A stretch of DNA of 124,000 nucleotides from Wallemia ichthyophaga EXF-994 (GCF_000400465.1 NW_008806284.1:20001-144000), one strand, 5' to 3'. Positions 65,269-79,603 are shown, counted from the first letter of the stretch. Program-made: numbers and translations. Notes: a model not told the origin generated them from the letters alone.

Positions 65269-66537
65269 TTACTTTCCACCAATCCGCTTGGATTTACCTG
65301 GTCTAGATTTCTTATTACCCTTGAATGGAGCATTTGTAGAGTCTTTAGTGTTTGACTTTGCGTGCTTCTTTTTACCTCCATGGCCAAATTTAGCATCGCG
65401 TGCACCTCTTGACATTTTCCTCTTTTTATTGTCATCTTTACCTTCTTTACCACCTTCAAGGGCATCTTCTAATTGGATATCGAAGTCATCATCACCAGCT
65501 TCAAGGCCATCAACGCCACCTTTCTTACGCTTGAGAGATTTAACCTTATCGATCATATCCTTCTTGGATTGCTGTCTCTCCATCATCTTTTCATTCTGGA
65601 CCTTTTTACCGACCTTCTTCAATTCGCGTTGCTTACGTGCCTTTTCAGAAGCTTCAATGTTAGATTTCTCATCCATCATCTTTTGACGTATCTTCTCCAT
65701 CTGTACATCAGTCTTGACCATTTCTGCGAAAAAGTCATTCGGTCTACTGAAAGGAACGCCAGCTTTGAGTACTTGTGGCTTAGCTCTCTCGACGGCTTCT
65801 AATGATTGCTTGTAGAAGGCTAATTCACGTGAAAGATCGTCATACACGTCTTCTGCACCTAAGTCTTTGATGGATTTTGACGAGGTTACTGCGAGTGTTT
65901 CAATGAAAGGTAACTTATCTGAGAGTTTGAAGTCGTTGAGGATACGTGTGATTGCAGATTTGTTATTGACTGTTACTTTGGTTGTTATTTGTGCTCTAGT
66001 ATCTTCATCGACGTCTTGAGCATCTTCAAGGGTGAGTGGGTGGGTGGATTCGTCTTCTTCTTCTTCAGAGTTTTCTTCATCGTCATCCTCTTCCTCGTCG
66101 TTGATGAAACCAGCACCGTCTTCTTGGTCATCCTCTTCATCCTCATCGTCGTCTTCGCTATTGTCATCACCTGAGACGAGAGCTTCATTGTCGACAAGGT
66201 CTTCTTGATCCTCTTGATCGTCGTCATCGTCGTCGTCGTTGTCATCGCCATTTTGAGACTAGAGTAGGTGAGCAAAAGACTAGATAAAAAGCCATAAACT
66301 AACTCCTTCTAATTGATTCAAGTAAGCTAATTGGTCTAGAGCTTGTTGATCTAAGCCATCCTCACCTAAAACTTTAATAAGCTTCTGCATTGATTCCTCG
66401 CTAACGCCGTCGAAATCTTCTTCGCCTGAGGAAGAATCTTCTAATTCATCTTGTTTGAGGATGTTCTTGATATTCTTGTTATCCTTGTTATCCTTGTTAT
66501 CCTTGATGTTGGATTTAGTTGATTTAGATTTTGGCAT
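65269..66537 (-). CDS. EBP2: rRNA-processing protein Ebp2
   Basis: DDLSRELAFYKQSL, PFSRPNDFFAEMVKTD.QMEKIR, KFGHGGKK, RPGKSKR. Confidence 0.9.
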
Positions 66538-66579
66538 TGTTGGGTGTAACAAACCACCAAGTCGAAAGTCAAATATTCA

Positions 66580-67512
66580 ATGCACCACCTCCCAGATTTA
66601 GCTCAATTTAAGAAATTACTTGATAAATTTGATACTTTCTTATTCGATTGCGATGGTGTCCTTTGGAGGGTTGGTAGTGTGCTCTAGGTCTACGTCACTC
66701 ACTCTACAACTCAGGGGAATGAACTTATCCCAGGAAGTAAAGAATTCGTTGATAAGATTAGAAAAGCCGGAAAGGATGTCATCTTTGTTACAAATAACGC
66801 TTCAAACAGTCGTAATCAATATAAGCAAAAATTTGATCAACTTGGTTTTAAAGTTGATGTTGATGAGATATTTAGCAGTGCATACGCATCTGCTGTCTAT
66901 CTCAAATACAATCTAAAGTTCCCTTCCGATAAGAAGGTTTTCGTCGTTGGTATGTCTGGATTAGAGGAGGAATTAGATAGCGAAGGTATAAAGCGTATTG
67001 GTGGCACTGATCCAGCCTACAATAAACTCGCGCCTCATGTCAACTTTAAAGAGATTAAACAGAACCTCGATAAGGATGTTGGTGCTGTTATCGCTGGTTT
67101 TGATATCATGCTCAACTATACAAAGTTATCTTACGCGCACTCATACCTCACCAGCCCAGAGCATGATGTTAAGTTTATCTTCACTAATGATGATTCCACG
67201 TTCCCTCAAGCGTGTGGAGTGTTCCCTGGTAGCGGTGCAATGAGCTCACCTTTGGCAGTGTCTTCTAAGCGCACTCCAATCGTCGTTGGTAAACCTAATG
67301 CACCAATGCTTGAGTGTATTCTCAAGAAGAAGCAACTTAAACCAGAGCGAACACTGATGATTGGTGATAGATTGAATACTGATATTGCTTTTGGGCAGCA
67401 TGGTAACGTCAAGACAATGTTAGTACTCTCTGGGGTTTGCAAGAAAGAAGATATAATTGGTGAGGGTATATACCCAGATTACATAGCACATTCACTTGGA
67501 CATATACATTAA
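66580..67512 (+). CDS. PHO13: HAD phosphatase Pho13/4-nitrophenylphosphatase
   Basis: FLFDCDGVLW, FVTNNAS, VGKPN, MIGDRLNTDI.FG, LVLSGV. Confidence 0.9.
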
Positions 67513-67729
67513 TTGTTGTGTTAAAATACATAAACACCTGAATGAAATTAGAATTGATATATCACCAGTAAAAGACCCCTCTTGAAAGATAACGCAGTTT
67601 TTGTAGTGATCATATTACGCATGCGGCTCTTATTCAAAGCTGGGCAGCTTCACACGTGTTGTTGTAAATTTTCAATCACCGGGGTCTTGTTGAGGATGGC
67701 TTACCTGTTGGCGTTGTAGGCGCTGAGGT

Positions 67730-68984
67730 ATGTCTATCTGGTTGGAATACCTCAACGCCTTGTCTTTGCATTTGTCTGATTCATTCCTCAACGTAAGTAA
67801 ATCACCCGCAGACGTCCAGACATCCGAAGAAATTCCTCAAATTAAAAATCTCAGTGTGACAAAAAAACTGAAATACGTAGCGCTGACGTTGGACACTACG
67901 CTTATGATAAAAAAGAGACAAGAAGAGGATACTAGTAGCACTAGTGGGAGTACTAGTGGGAGTACTAGTGGGAGCAGCAGCAGCACTAGCAGTAGCAGCA
68001 GTTCAACCACATCATCATCGTCTTCGTCGAGCAGCTCTTCGAGTGCTTCGCCAACAAGCAACACTCCTAGCAGCTCTAGCAGGTACGTGTGGATACCCCG
68101 TACACTTAGTTCCTGATTGACATCACTAGTGATTCCAATAGCCCAACCCGCACATCCAATGATAGCAGCAGCAGCAGCAGCAGTATTGATAGTAGTAGCA
68201 GCCAGAGCAACACCACCACCAATTCAGATAGTACTGCATCATCCACTCCAAATCCCACCACCTCAATTGTTACAGTAACGCTCTCAAACGGTGGGCAAAT
68301 ATTTATTATGAGATAACAAGTTATAACACAAGCAGGTTCATCAACAACATCCGCAACCACCATCGGTGGTACCACTGGCTCTGCTTCCGACAGCGGCCAG
68401 GATATTGGTGCGATTGTTGGCGGTGTGAGTGGATTTCTCATTGAAACATCGAAATCCTACTAAACTGCTTTTAGAGCGTCGGTGGTGGTATAGGTGCCAT
68501 CCTTATCCTCGTAGCTGCCATCTTCTTCTTTCGTCGCCGTGTCGCCAAGAAGAAGCACGACGAGTATGACGGTGATATCTTTGATCCTCAGCGCTTCAGG
68601 CCGGATAATGAGGACGAATTTGGTATTGATGGTGCTCCAACGCCCTACACGCAGCAGCCAGCGAGTGTGACTGCGGGGAGTGGTAGTGGGAGTGGGAATG
68701 TACCGGGGAATGTACCGGGAATGACAGGCATTGGTGCAGCCGCGGGAGGTGCGGCATCGATACCAAACTCATCAACCCATCAACCCTCCAACCCCTCCTC
68801 AAATGCTGCTGCTGCTGCTGGTATCAAAACTCGCCCACTTCCCACCTCTAAACCAAGCCAGGTCAACGTACACACAGACGCTGGTCGATACAACGTCAAC
68901 AACGGCGATGACAATCCAGCTAATCTCCACTCAGATATACCCCCGACTTACGACTCTATTCACGTATATCCAGATAACGCTTGA
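67730..68984 (+). CDS. Ser/Thr-rich single-pass membrane protein (Mid2/Wsc-like sensor); 5' end uncertain
   Basis: KRQ followed by a long S/T tract, TM IGAILILVAAIFFF then RRR, cytoplasmic PPTY. Confidence 0.6.
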
Positions 68985-69073
68985 TGACCATGTGAATATT
69001 TATTTATTATTTAACATTTCCTTGTATCGACCCATTTATGATTGTTTGTTTGCTTGTATGAATTAACTCAGTT

Positions 69074-69162
69074 GGCGAAGTAGTGTAATGGAATTAGCAC
69101 GTATTGTTCGGGTGAGGAGCGTCTGCATCAATATAGTCTGGGTTCAATTCCCAGCTTCGCCC
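69074..69162 (+). tRNA. tRNA-Pro(CGG) with a 15-nt intron
   Basis: Acceptor GGCGAAG/CTTCGCC, D stem GTGT/GCAC, anticodon stem TATTG/CAATA, loop TT-CGG-G|intron|T, T arm CTGGG-TTCAATT-CCCAG, downstream T run. Confidence 0.85.
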
Positions 69163-69200
69163 CTAAATAATCATTTTTACGACAACCTCACCTCTCACAC

Positions 69201-70489
69201 ATGTACGTCAATGTACGCCGACTATCAAATGCCTACAAATTTCGCAACTCGCTTGGTGTGTGGTGGTGTTATTTAGGCGGCTGAGCTGAGTAATTAAACC
69301 CAAACAGGCACGGGCTCTTTCGCAGTCGAGCCACCTAAAGCGGTAGGTATGGCCATGAGCAGAGGTCAGCGGCTATATCAAGAGGACAGCGTGTCTGCCA
69401 AAGTGCTCAACCTGCCCATCACTCCCCACACACTTGACTCTCAATGCGCCTACTTCGGCATATTCGACGGACACGGTGGTGATTACGTTTCCCGCTATCT
69501 CCGCGATAGTCTGCCAGGAGTCATTGAAAGAATAACCACGCGTGACTGGAACCTTATCGACTATTTCAGAGTCTACGGTAGGCGTTGGCGTTGGCGGTTA
69601 ACGTGGTCTATCACTCACAACGTCACGACGTCATCCAGGCAACTATTTCCCTCAAGAGGAATTGGACGCAGAGAGTGCTACGAGAGATTCTCACTCTCAT
69701 CTTAGTCTCCACGATAGACTCAAACTGGCTTTTTTGAAGGTGGGCATGGTGTTGCGATCCAAGACACCGCTCACACACTCCTCACAGGCAGACAAGAGGA
69801 CAATCACCGATGCGCAGAACCGCGGCTACCTGTGCGGATCGACTGCCTCAGTTTTGTTGCTGCACAGTCTCGATGATCCACCCTCGCCGTACGCATTCAG
69901 TCGTCGTCTGCAGCTCACAACGGCGCACTGCGGCGACACGTGCGTGGTGCTCGTGAAAGCGCACGCTGGCAAAGCCCACCGCCTCACGCTCGACGACCAT
70001 GCCGACAACGTCGGTGAGATGGAGCGATTGAAATCCTTCCACGGCGCACTCGTGCAGGACTCTTACGGCGAATCCCTTTTTCTTGGCCAGCTCGCCAACA
70101 CGCGCAGTATCGGCGATGCCAAATATAAAAGCTGGGGCGTCACGCCCGAGCCCCATACCCAGAGTGTGGAGGTAGATGGAGATGCTTATAGCATGGCTAT
70201 CCTTCTCAGTGATGGTGTCACTGGCGTCGTTGGTGTGCAGGAGGCGGCTGATGTCGCTTCGAGCAAGTTTGGCCAGTCTTTGCAGTTCGGTAGAGCCGCT
70301 CAGGCAGCCGCGCAGGCTGTCGTCGATTTCGCTATCGATGTTGGCGCTGATGATAACTGCTCCGCTGTCGTTGTTCCGCTTCCAGGTTTCGCTAATGCTG
70401 GTAAAGGTAGAGATAGGACCCGCGATTTGCGCGATTATCGATTGCAGGTTGCCAACGACCCTAGCAACGTCAGACAGAAGAGGCAGTGA
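69201..70489 (+). CDS. PP2C-family phosphatase, mitochondrial Ptc6-like
   Basis: SRGQRLYQED, YFGIFDGHGG, CGSTASV, AHCGDT, LTLDDH, LANTRSIGD, LSDGV, DNCS. Confidence 0.85.
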
Positions 70490-70621
70490 TGGGGTGGGGT
70501 GGTGGTGGGTCTGAGCCTGCTGCTATGAGCAATGCTATGCCTTCCACGCTAATATAACGACGATGTAATTATTCTATGTATTCTATCCATTATACCACCT
70601 CCTTCCTTTCCAACTACACGC

Positions 70622-73200
70622 TCATCCACCCCGACTGTCGCGCCACGTCTCGTATGCTGTGAGCATCTCTTGCGTGATGCGCCGACGCACGTTCCAGCAA
70701 GCCTGCACAAAGTGCTCCTTGCGTACATAAGCAGCGTGGAGATCCTGCTGCATTGCGCGCATCGCTGCATCTTGACAGACGCTGACTATCTCAGCACCAC
70801 TGCATCCCTGTGTCTGTATGGGGTGTTAGAATACCCCACTCAACGAGACAACCACCAACCATAACAGCCAACTCGTCAACATTCACACCCTCTTCCACTG
70901 CCATCTTGCTCAGTCGTATACTGAACAGCTCCCTGCGCGCTTCCAGCTCAGGTGGGCCGACGTAGCTGTGATTGTTTTTGTTAGTCTTTTGCTCGCAGAG
71001 GAGGGAGGAGAAAGGTGAGTGGATGCTACTCACATAATACGGTCAAGCCTTCCTGGACGCATGAGGGCGGAATCCTGTCGAGCAAATGAGTGAGTGAGCA
71101 AGTAAACAAACAAGTTGTTTATGCGTGCGCAATGCAATCACTCCGTCAGACTTACGATGACTTGTGGTTTATTCGTAGCAGCTAGAACAGTGACACCATT
71201 GAGTTCCTCTATGCCGTCCATCTGGTCATTGCGCGCGTCAGTCGGGTGTCTAAAGCTGACTACAATGTGCTATAAACCCACCTCATTGAGCATGCTTGCT
71301 ACCATGCCCGACGTTGTAGATGTGTTGTCATCACGCGCAGCTGCAATGCTGTCCATTTCATCCTGTCAGTGAGTGGTTGAGATGTGTAAGAGGTGAGAGA
71401 ATGGAGTTAAAGTGACGCACAAAAAAGATTATTGACGGCGCGGCTGCGCGGGCTTTGGCAAAAATATCACGAATAGCTTTCTCAGACCCGCCAACGAATT
71501 TGTCAAGCAGCTGTGTAGTATTAGCCATACCGACAACACCTCCACACGCATGTCATACTCACCTCTGGTCCCTTAACAGCGAGAAAATTGATTCCGCTTT
71601 CCCCCGCGAGAGCCTTTGCAGCGAGAGTTTTACTACACCCCGGTGGACCGTAGAGCAGCACGCCTCTGGGCGGTGTGAGGCCGAGGCGAGAGAAAGTATT
71701 TGCGTGGCTGAGTGGCCACATGACACTCTGCGTCAGCTGCTTCTTGACCTCTTCCTGTCCTGCTATATCACCGAAGCGAATCTCGGGGATGGTGAGCTGC
71801 ACGGATCGCAGAGCGGACGGGCGGATATGAGGAAGGCTATCGAGGAGATCCGTGTGTGTGAGATACGCCGATTGCTTACCTAAGATAGCACGCTTGATTG
71901 CAGTAGTAGATGCAGCGCGCACGAGAGATGCGAGATCCGCTCCAACAAATCCATGCGTCTTGCTTGCGACCGAGCGCAGATGCGTGTCGGAGGTTTGTGT
72001 GGGCATGTGTGCGAGCAGGTTGTGCAGAATCTCTAATCGCTGCGTCGAGTCAGGGATTCCCACTTCTATCTCCCGGTCGAGTCTACCGGGTCTGCGCAGC
72101 GCATCGTCGAGCGCATTCGGCCTGTTGGTAGTGCCTATCAGGAACACCTTGGCGTGGGCGGCGTCATTGCTTTTATTCATCCCGTCTAGCTCTGTCAGGA
72201 GAGTCGCTACTACCCGCTTCTCCACCTCGCCCGTGCTGCCGTCGCCATCGCGCGATGGACACAGCGTGTCGAGCTCGTCTATCACTACTATCACGCCCGC
72301 CTCATCAAGCGAACGCGCGTGTTGAAATACACGCCGCAAATTGTCCTCTGTCTCGCCGTGGTACGCGGATGACAGCTCAGGCCCGTTGACTAGTAAAATC
72401 GGCAGCTGCAGAAGCGTCGCGGCAGATCGAGCGAGCAGCGTCTTACCGGTTCCTGGAGGGCCGTGGAGGAGGAGACCTTTGGGCGGAGAGATTGCAAATT
72501 GGTTGAAAAGGTCTGGGTGCTTGAGGGGGAGACCTATGAGGTCAGATATCTCGCCAATTTGGCGTGATAGACCGCCTATAACAGGAGGATCCGAGGAAGG
72601 ACGAATCAAAGTTGCTTGTGATGTAACCGCTTCACGTTTGTCGGATTGGGTGGACAAATTGATGGCGGTTGTCGGGGTGACTTGATAGACAGCGTGTGTG
72701 TCATCGAGGGAGAGGTGTTGGAGAGATAGAGAAGGGCTTATATCTTGTATGGTTAGGTGATTGAGCTTGGATTTGAAGTGGAGTGACACCACCAAACCGG
72801 ATTTAACGAATTGGAGCTGAGTAACGTAATCACGCACGAGAGCGCTGAGAAGACGCGTCTGTCTATCGTCGAGAGGGAGATTAGTGAGGATAGAGAGTGA
72901 ATCGATTTCGATGAAATTTAGATGGCTGAGATCGGGGGAGAAGGAGGCATCGACGGTGCCATCTACGCTGCCATTAACACTCCCGGACAACTGGTTAAAC
73001 AGAGGAAAATGAACACCAATTTGATCCGATTCGATAGATGTATTCCCGGGCCAAGCGGTACCTATCACGAAGCGATCACCGGCGGAAACTCGGACAAGTT
73101 GGGAGATGGATAGGCGAGAGTCGCGGAGAATACTATTGTGTAGATAGACACGCTTGAGGTGTTTGGTGGTTGGAGGAGTACCGAGGTTTACAAGGATCAT
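70622..73200 (-). CDS. AFG2: AAA ATPase Afg2/Drg1 (SPATA5)
   Basis: Two AAA modules ([16 protein letters not shown]), [21 protein letters not shown]; C-terminal RRRITQEML. Confidence 0.85.
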
Positions 73201-73402
73201 GGGAGTGGGGGAGAGAGAGTATGGAAATACAGAAATAATAAATAAGGTATAAACATAATAATAGTTATACATATTTATCGATTATGTCACAATTGATTCA
73301 TTTCGTTCGTAGATATCGTCATCGGGTCACGTGAAACCTCGGCGGAACCATAAATTAAGCGATGTATTCCGACTCGACATTCCTTGTAGAAACACAATCA
73401 AA

Positions 73403-73858
73403 ATGAGCCACAATTTGGAAGTGAGTTGGATGTTTGCGGGTGGATACACGCTTACAGGGTTCATAGCACAACAACCACAACATTCTCGCTGAAGCTGACC
73501 AACTCGCAAAGGGAGTGGGTTCCAATGGGTTATGCAGCCACAGCCACCCACTAACACCCTTATAGCCACGCTTTGACAACAATTCACTCACTCAACTTGA
73601 ATCACTCGCTGTATGTTGTAATCAGTCACTCTTCTCACGCTAACAATCAAATTAGAACGAAAGAGCTAATTTAGTGCACATGCACAGGAAGCTTGATGAG
73701 AATACTGAAGAGGATGTCACTAGCGTGGGTTTCCTTGTTTTGCCCTTTCAATCCCACTCAAACTGATCAAACAGGTCCACCTCTACGGTCAACGCGCTCG
73801 TGGTTTATCAATTGGGCACGAATATATCCACCGTCAATCCATCTCAAATGATAACTAA
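73403..73858 (+). CDS. 87-aa five-exon micro-protein, function unknown
   Basis: Exons 73403-420, 73467-514, 73566-610, 73656-724 and 73775-858; all four introns GT-AG phase 0; open frame from ATG to TAA. Confidence 0.7.
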
Positions 73859-74008
73859 CTTTATGTAATCACCACTGTATATTTAACCCAGCGATGAATA
73901 TTTTCACCTTTTATAAGAAAATCTTCATTTAAAGTTGTCAAACATTGTTAAGGTTATCAAAATCTGTCAATATACGCACTACAATAATAACAGTTTATTT
74001 AACCTTGC

Positions 74009-74518
74009 TTAGAACTTTGCGAAAGCCTTAGCAGCAGCCTTGTTCTTGATGACACGGAGGACGTTGAATCTAACAGTCTTTGAGAGTGGACGGCATTGGC
74101 CAACGACGACCGAGTCACCTGCTTCAATACGGAATGCAGGTGATGCGTGCACTGGGAGGTTCTTGTGACGCTTCTCGTATCTGTTGTACTTTGGTACGTA
74201 GTGGAGGTATTCTCTTCTAATGACAATAGTACGTGTCATCTTGGTAGAGACAACCTTTCCAGTCAAGATACGTCCTCTGATTGAAACTTCACCGGTCCAT
74301 GGGCACTTCTTGTCGATGTAAGTTCCAGTGATAGCATCTTGAGGCGTCTTGAAGCCTAAGCCGACGTCCTTGTACCAACGACGGTCCTTGGTAACCTTCT
74401 TGTTACCGCGGGTCTTTGAGTTTTGGAAGATAGGTTGCTGTATCCCATGTCAGCTGCGTTTCCTCATCCCCTATTCCTCTCCTACCTTTGGGAAAGTCTT
74501 GAGATTTTGTGCCTCCAT
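74009..74518 (-). CDS. RPS11: 40S ribosomal protein S11 (uS17)
   Basis: [57 protein letters not shown]. Confidence 0.96.
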
Positions 74519-74715
74519 CACGCCTATCAACTCTTTGCGACTTAGCGACTGCCTGAGAAGAAGAAACGATGGTCAGCACTCAGATTTTACGCTCACAATC
74601 AAAAATTCAATTCGACTTTATTTCTCAATATTTCTTTTTTCTCGTTGCTGCTCGTTACAATTATTCTTTTATTTCTTCTTCTTTCCTCTTTTATTCGCCT
74701 TGATTGCTTGCCTTT

Positions 74716-77227
74716 CTAATCATTCACCCAAACGCTATTCGAGCACGCAACTAAATGATTGAACGCATCATCTCGTCTAGCTACGTTTGTTAGTCTCATC
74801 ACCTTGATTTCTTCCCCTTCTTCCCAGCTCACTTCAAGTCCACTCGACACCTCCACACCCACTCTTAGACTGCTGTGCTTGCTAATCCCAACCAGCGCAT
74901 CCAGCCCTACCACCACATTCGGTCCCTTGAATGGTTTGAATGTTAGCTCACTTGAGCTGAGTACGAGTGTACCTGGTGAGCTCTTTAGTATCCCAAAGTG
75001 ACTCGATTTCAGCGGTAGATAGGCTAAGCGTGAAGGTTCCAATCCAATGCTGCGTTTTGTTGTCATCACAGAGCTATTATCTTCATCGTTTTCATTATCG
75101 TTGCCCGTCAGTAATCGTGTTGTGCGCTCCGAATCACCATCGTTGCGACTAGCCCAGACTTCTCTAGCTTGACGCACAAACACACCTTTGTCGCCATTCA
75201 CGACTTGGCTCAGCATGTCTGTACCACGCTCCGCTGCTTTTCCACCTTGCTTGAGGGACGATGCTAAACGAGACCATTTGCTGCCCTTCTTTGGACTCTT
75301 CACCTGAGCATCTGCGTTTGCATCTGCATCTACATCGCTATCACCATCCCCTGATGCAGCAGTATTGTTCTCTTTGTCGTCGCCTTTGTCACTTTCTTGG
75401 GTGATGCTCAGATCAGCTGTGCTCTTCTTCGCCTTCTCCTTCTCCTTCTCCGCCTTGTCTTTCTTACTGTTGCTCTTGGCGAATGGATCGACGAGAACAG
75501 GTAGAGGCTCATTTCTGCGTACTCGCTCACGCATCACGCTCAATGCATACTGTGCATCTGTTGGCACTTCGGGTATGTTCCACGCCATGCGTCTGTAGCG
75601 AGGGTAGTGAATCGTAATGGGTATACCGACGAGAACGAGCAATCCAAGTCCTGCCAATGCGCCTCTAACCAATGCTGCGTGTGATATAAACTGCAATCCA
75701 ACGATTGCGGGTAATAGAGCTCTCAAGACAAAGTTGCGACTAGCTTTTGGGTTTCTCCAGAGGTATAAACTGTGAGTGACATGTGAGTTTATCTTTCGTC
75801 ACATGCTTCAGATCAACTACACTCACTTTTTCATCTTTTCCACAAAATCGGCTAGGTCTCCAGTCACTAATTGAATTTCACGTCCGTGGGACTGCGTGAT
75901 AGCTTTGTAGGCTTCTTTCATATTTTTCTCGCGCTTGCCTGGAGCGTTTGTACCTTCTGCGCTCAGACCGTACTCTTCCTCGAGTTCGACTATCTCTCGC
76001 GCGCGCTCGTGTTCATCCTTTCGACTGGCCAGCTGGGAGGAGGAGGTTGGGGGAAAGATTCTCCTCGCCACGAGCGCAATCAGCGCACCGCCGAGCGCAA
76101 CATTCAGCAGCATATCGGACATGACGAGGATGAGGTACACAACCAACACTGCAAATGTCACAGCACGGTTCTTCCACATAACTACATCACCAAAGCATTT
76201 CATACCTTCCGCGACAGCGTTACCGGAGAGATTGACATACAGACGCTCGACATTCGACACAAGCTTGGCGTATCTGAACTTTTGGTGTGGGTTCTGATCC
76301 AGCTCGACCGGAAGGTATTGCTCAGCCTTGAAGAGAAACCAGGCTAGGCCGTAGGCGAGGTAGTCTACGCGTTGCTGTGGGTTTTTTTCATCTTCATTTT
76401 CGTCTGCGTCCGTGTCTTGGTTTTGGTCTTGGTCTTTCTCTTTCTCTTTCTGTGTGTCCTCCTTCTCACCCTGCACATCAACCAAGTTGGTGGTGCTGTG
76501 CGAGTAGACATCTGCGCTGGACCACGCACCCTCCTCGTGGTCAGCACCGTCGCGCGTCTCGTGGTTAATATCATCCACAAACCCGTCATTCGCTGCCTTG
76601 TCCTCGTACTGCTTCCTCTCAACTTCCACATCTGCTTCTTCCTTACGCTTTGCTGCTGCTAATGTCCTCTCCTTGAGCAGCTGTGCTTCAGTCTTGTACG
76701 CGTAGTCACTCAACTTGGGTGCGTCCGTGTACGATTTGTACGCCTCGCTCGAGCTGTATGCCGCTGAGACGGAGCTGATATGTCTGCCGAAGAAGGTGAG
76801 GTAGTTAGCGATAAAGTAGTCATCGATGTTTTTATCGGCTGTTTGCGTCATCGAGGGTGATGTTGTGGATGCCGTGGATGTCGCTGGTGCTGGTGCGTTG
76901 GACTGTCTAGCGGCGACATTTTGGTGGAGACGGGGAGCAGATTGCTTAGATGCTACGGAGTGCACGGACTTTCCACCGCTCTCAGCCTTGTCTTGTGATG
77001 ATGATGCCGTTTTCGATGGAGGCGCTACGTACGAGCCTGGGGCTTGGGTGGATGAGCTCATAGAAGCTTCATAATTGCTATCTCCGTCGTATTCCTGCTT
77101 TGAGAGCTGCAAAGCTGTTTGGAGCTGTGGATGGTGAGATTTGGAGATATGGGGAGCCAGCAAAGCATACATCGTCGTCTTGCTGTTGTAGAGAGTCTCT
77201 TGAGGGCAATGGAGGCTTATCTGACAT
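74716..77227 (-). CDS. Membrane protein with central TM hairpin and C-terminal GRAM/PH-like domain (DUF3292-like)
   Basis: Hydrophobic segments (FAVLVVYLILVM; GLGLLVLVGIPI), C-terminal GTLVLS..LTF..IGISK..RRDDAFNHLVA; multi-exon. Confidence 0.5.
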
Positions 77228-77410
77228 GGCAGTTTGTAAGAAACGAATGAAAGAGATGTGCAGATACAGCAGCGATACACGACCCACACAACTCGTTGTT
77301 ACCAAATAAATGATAAAAATGATATATTTTATTATTTATAGAAATCCTCCACAAAACACAAAAAAACCCTTTATCCCCGACAATCACTGCTTGTGCGTTC
77401 TTTGTATCGC

Positions 77411-79603
77411 ATGGAGGTGGAAAGTACGCAAAATAAAAATACAAGCGAATTTTACGCACAGAATGCACAGAAGAAGCCAAGTAGATCTTCGAAGGCTTGC
77501 TTGGAGTGCAGATCAATGAAATCTCGTTGTAACGGTGACGGTGTCCATTCATGCGAGCGGTGCACGAAACGAGGCGTGAATTGCGTCTATGAGCAGACAG
77601 TGAGGAGAAGAGGCAAAGATAAGAGGCCGAGGGTTGTAACAAAGCGTTTGAAATCCGAGTCATGTGATTTTGAACCAATGACCAACAAGCGTTTGAGGCA
77701 CACGCACAGCCATTCATCCGATAGCGTGGATGGCAACACGGCCGACAACGCCGACGTATCCCACAATGCCGATAACTCTTTCCAGCATTTGACTCACTCT
77801 CCTCAACCAATTAGCGGATCAATTGGCGCACCTCCACAACCTCCACCTCCCCCACGTTATAATCACAGTGCTGCACCTGAAGTTATCAATGGAACCTCCT
77901 TTATTCCATCGCAAACACAGATTTCACCTCACTCAGCTCATTCTCCTCTCTCTCCTCACTCTCCCATCCTAATTACTCCGAATATGAACTACCAACGAGA
78001 AAGCTTTTGGGATATCTTGATTACGGATAGGTGCACCACTCACAACCTCAAAGACAGAGCCAAGGCCACAAAACTCATTTCCAGCGACTTGTGGTTCACA
78101 TTTTCACGCTGTGATTTCATAACCACTCTCTTTAATATGCACAAGTTCTTCGATAACCTGAGCTGCTCAAGTAAACGATACAACGCCGAGCCTTCCCTCA
78201 TTCAAGCTCTTCTCGCTATCAGCCATACCTTACAAGGTCAATTCCAACTGGCTTACCTCATGGCTGACCGTGCACACTCCTCACTTCGCACTGCAATGAT
78301 GACTGGCAGGTTCACCGTAGGCATAGCTCAAAGTGCAATCGTGCGTTTACTTATCCCTTTGTCCCCTGTCTCACCTGTCTCATCTTCCCATTAGGTACTC
78401 CAATATTACGAATCATTCCCACTCGGAACTTTCAACATTAAGAGGGTCGCTGCACCCCTATATGCCGCAGACGCTGTCATAAAGAACCTTGCTCTCACCT
78501 GCTTGGACGCAGATAAAGTTTCTCATGTGTTCGATGATGACGCTATACCAATTAGTACCTCAGACCCTCAATTTTCGGGTCAAGATCTAAATTTAGCTCC
78601 AAGCAAGTCACATCATCACCCTTCTTGTCCCTGTGAGTCATGGTCCATACCCGCTCACATGACACGCAAAGAGGAATCTGTCCGCTTCAGGCACATACCC
78701 AAGTTCTCCATCGATGATACTCAAGTTCCTGACTCAGATATTCAACAAGAGGAAATCAGGAGGGTGGTCTGGGGTACTGCCAACAATGGTTGGTATTTAC
78801 AGATGCTCGATCCACATGCAGTTTCTACATTGCATACATCCCAAGCGTCCAACTATGGTGTATTTTATACTGCCGAATCTTTCATTCTCTCAATACCTGA
78901 CGATGGAATGAAGAGTTGGTCGAGGTACACGTTGTGGGCCTTTTTGGATAGATTAAAACTGTTATGCCATGCAGCTACAAGATTATCACGTAGCCTTCCT
79001 CCATTCGAGTTGCACATGCGAGCTAGCAAGATATGCAGTGAGGTTGAAAAGATTGAAAGTGATTTAAATGCACTACACAGTTGTCATAGAGGTGTTCACG
79101 GTTGGCATGTCAGCAATGTTGCATTCATTACTCGACTGATTCTCACTGCTAAAACTCGTCAGTTCACTAATGCTAATGTTACCAATTTGCAGAAAAATGC
79201 TTCTGTTCCATCTGCTTATTACACGCGCCAACGTGCTCGTGAATGGTTGGATGCACATTCGTTGATTTGGGATAATGTCATCAATAAGCATTCAATTAAG
79301 AGACAGCCAATGATCTTCGTTGCTTTGGTTTGCCAAGCTCTCCGCTGTCTAGATTTGTTAGCCCTCGACTCAGCTTTCACAAGGGCAATATATGTTGCAA
79401 GAAGTTTGCTCAAAGGGATTGATGAGATGATATCAATTTACCCCATCAAAGAGTCGGCAGACATTAATAGAATATTGCTCAAAGTTCACATGAATTGTGA
79501 TGAATTGGAGACCCGCACTAACGTAGCGCCATACCATACTGCAGATAACCACGCTGCGGAGCTCTTACTAGAAAATCTCAAGAAGATTAAGAGTGAACCG
79601 TAG
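77411..79603 (+). CDS. Zn(II)2Cys6 transcription factor
   Basis: ACLECRSMKSRCNG..SCERCTKRGVNCVY followed by a fungal TF middle region; one intron. Confidence 0.9.
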
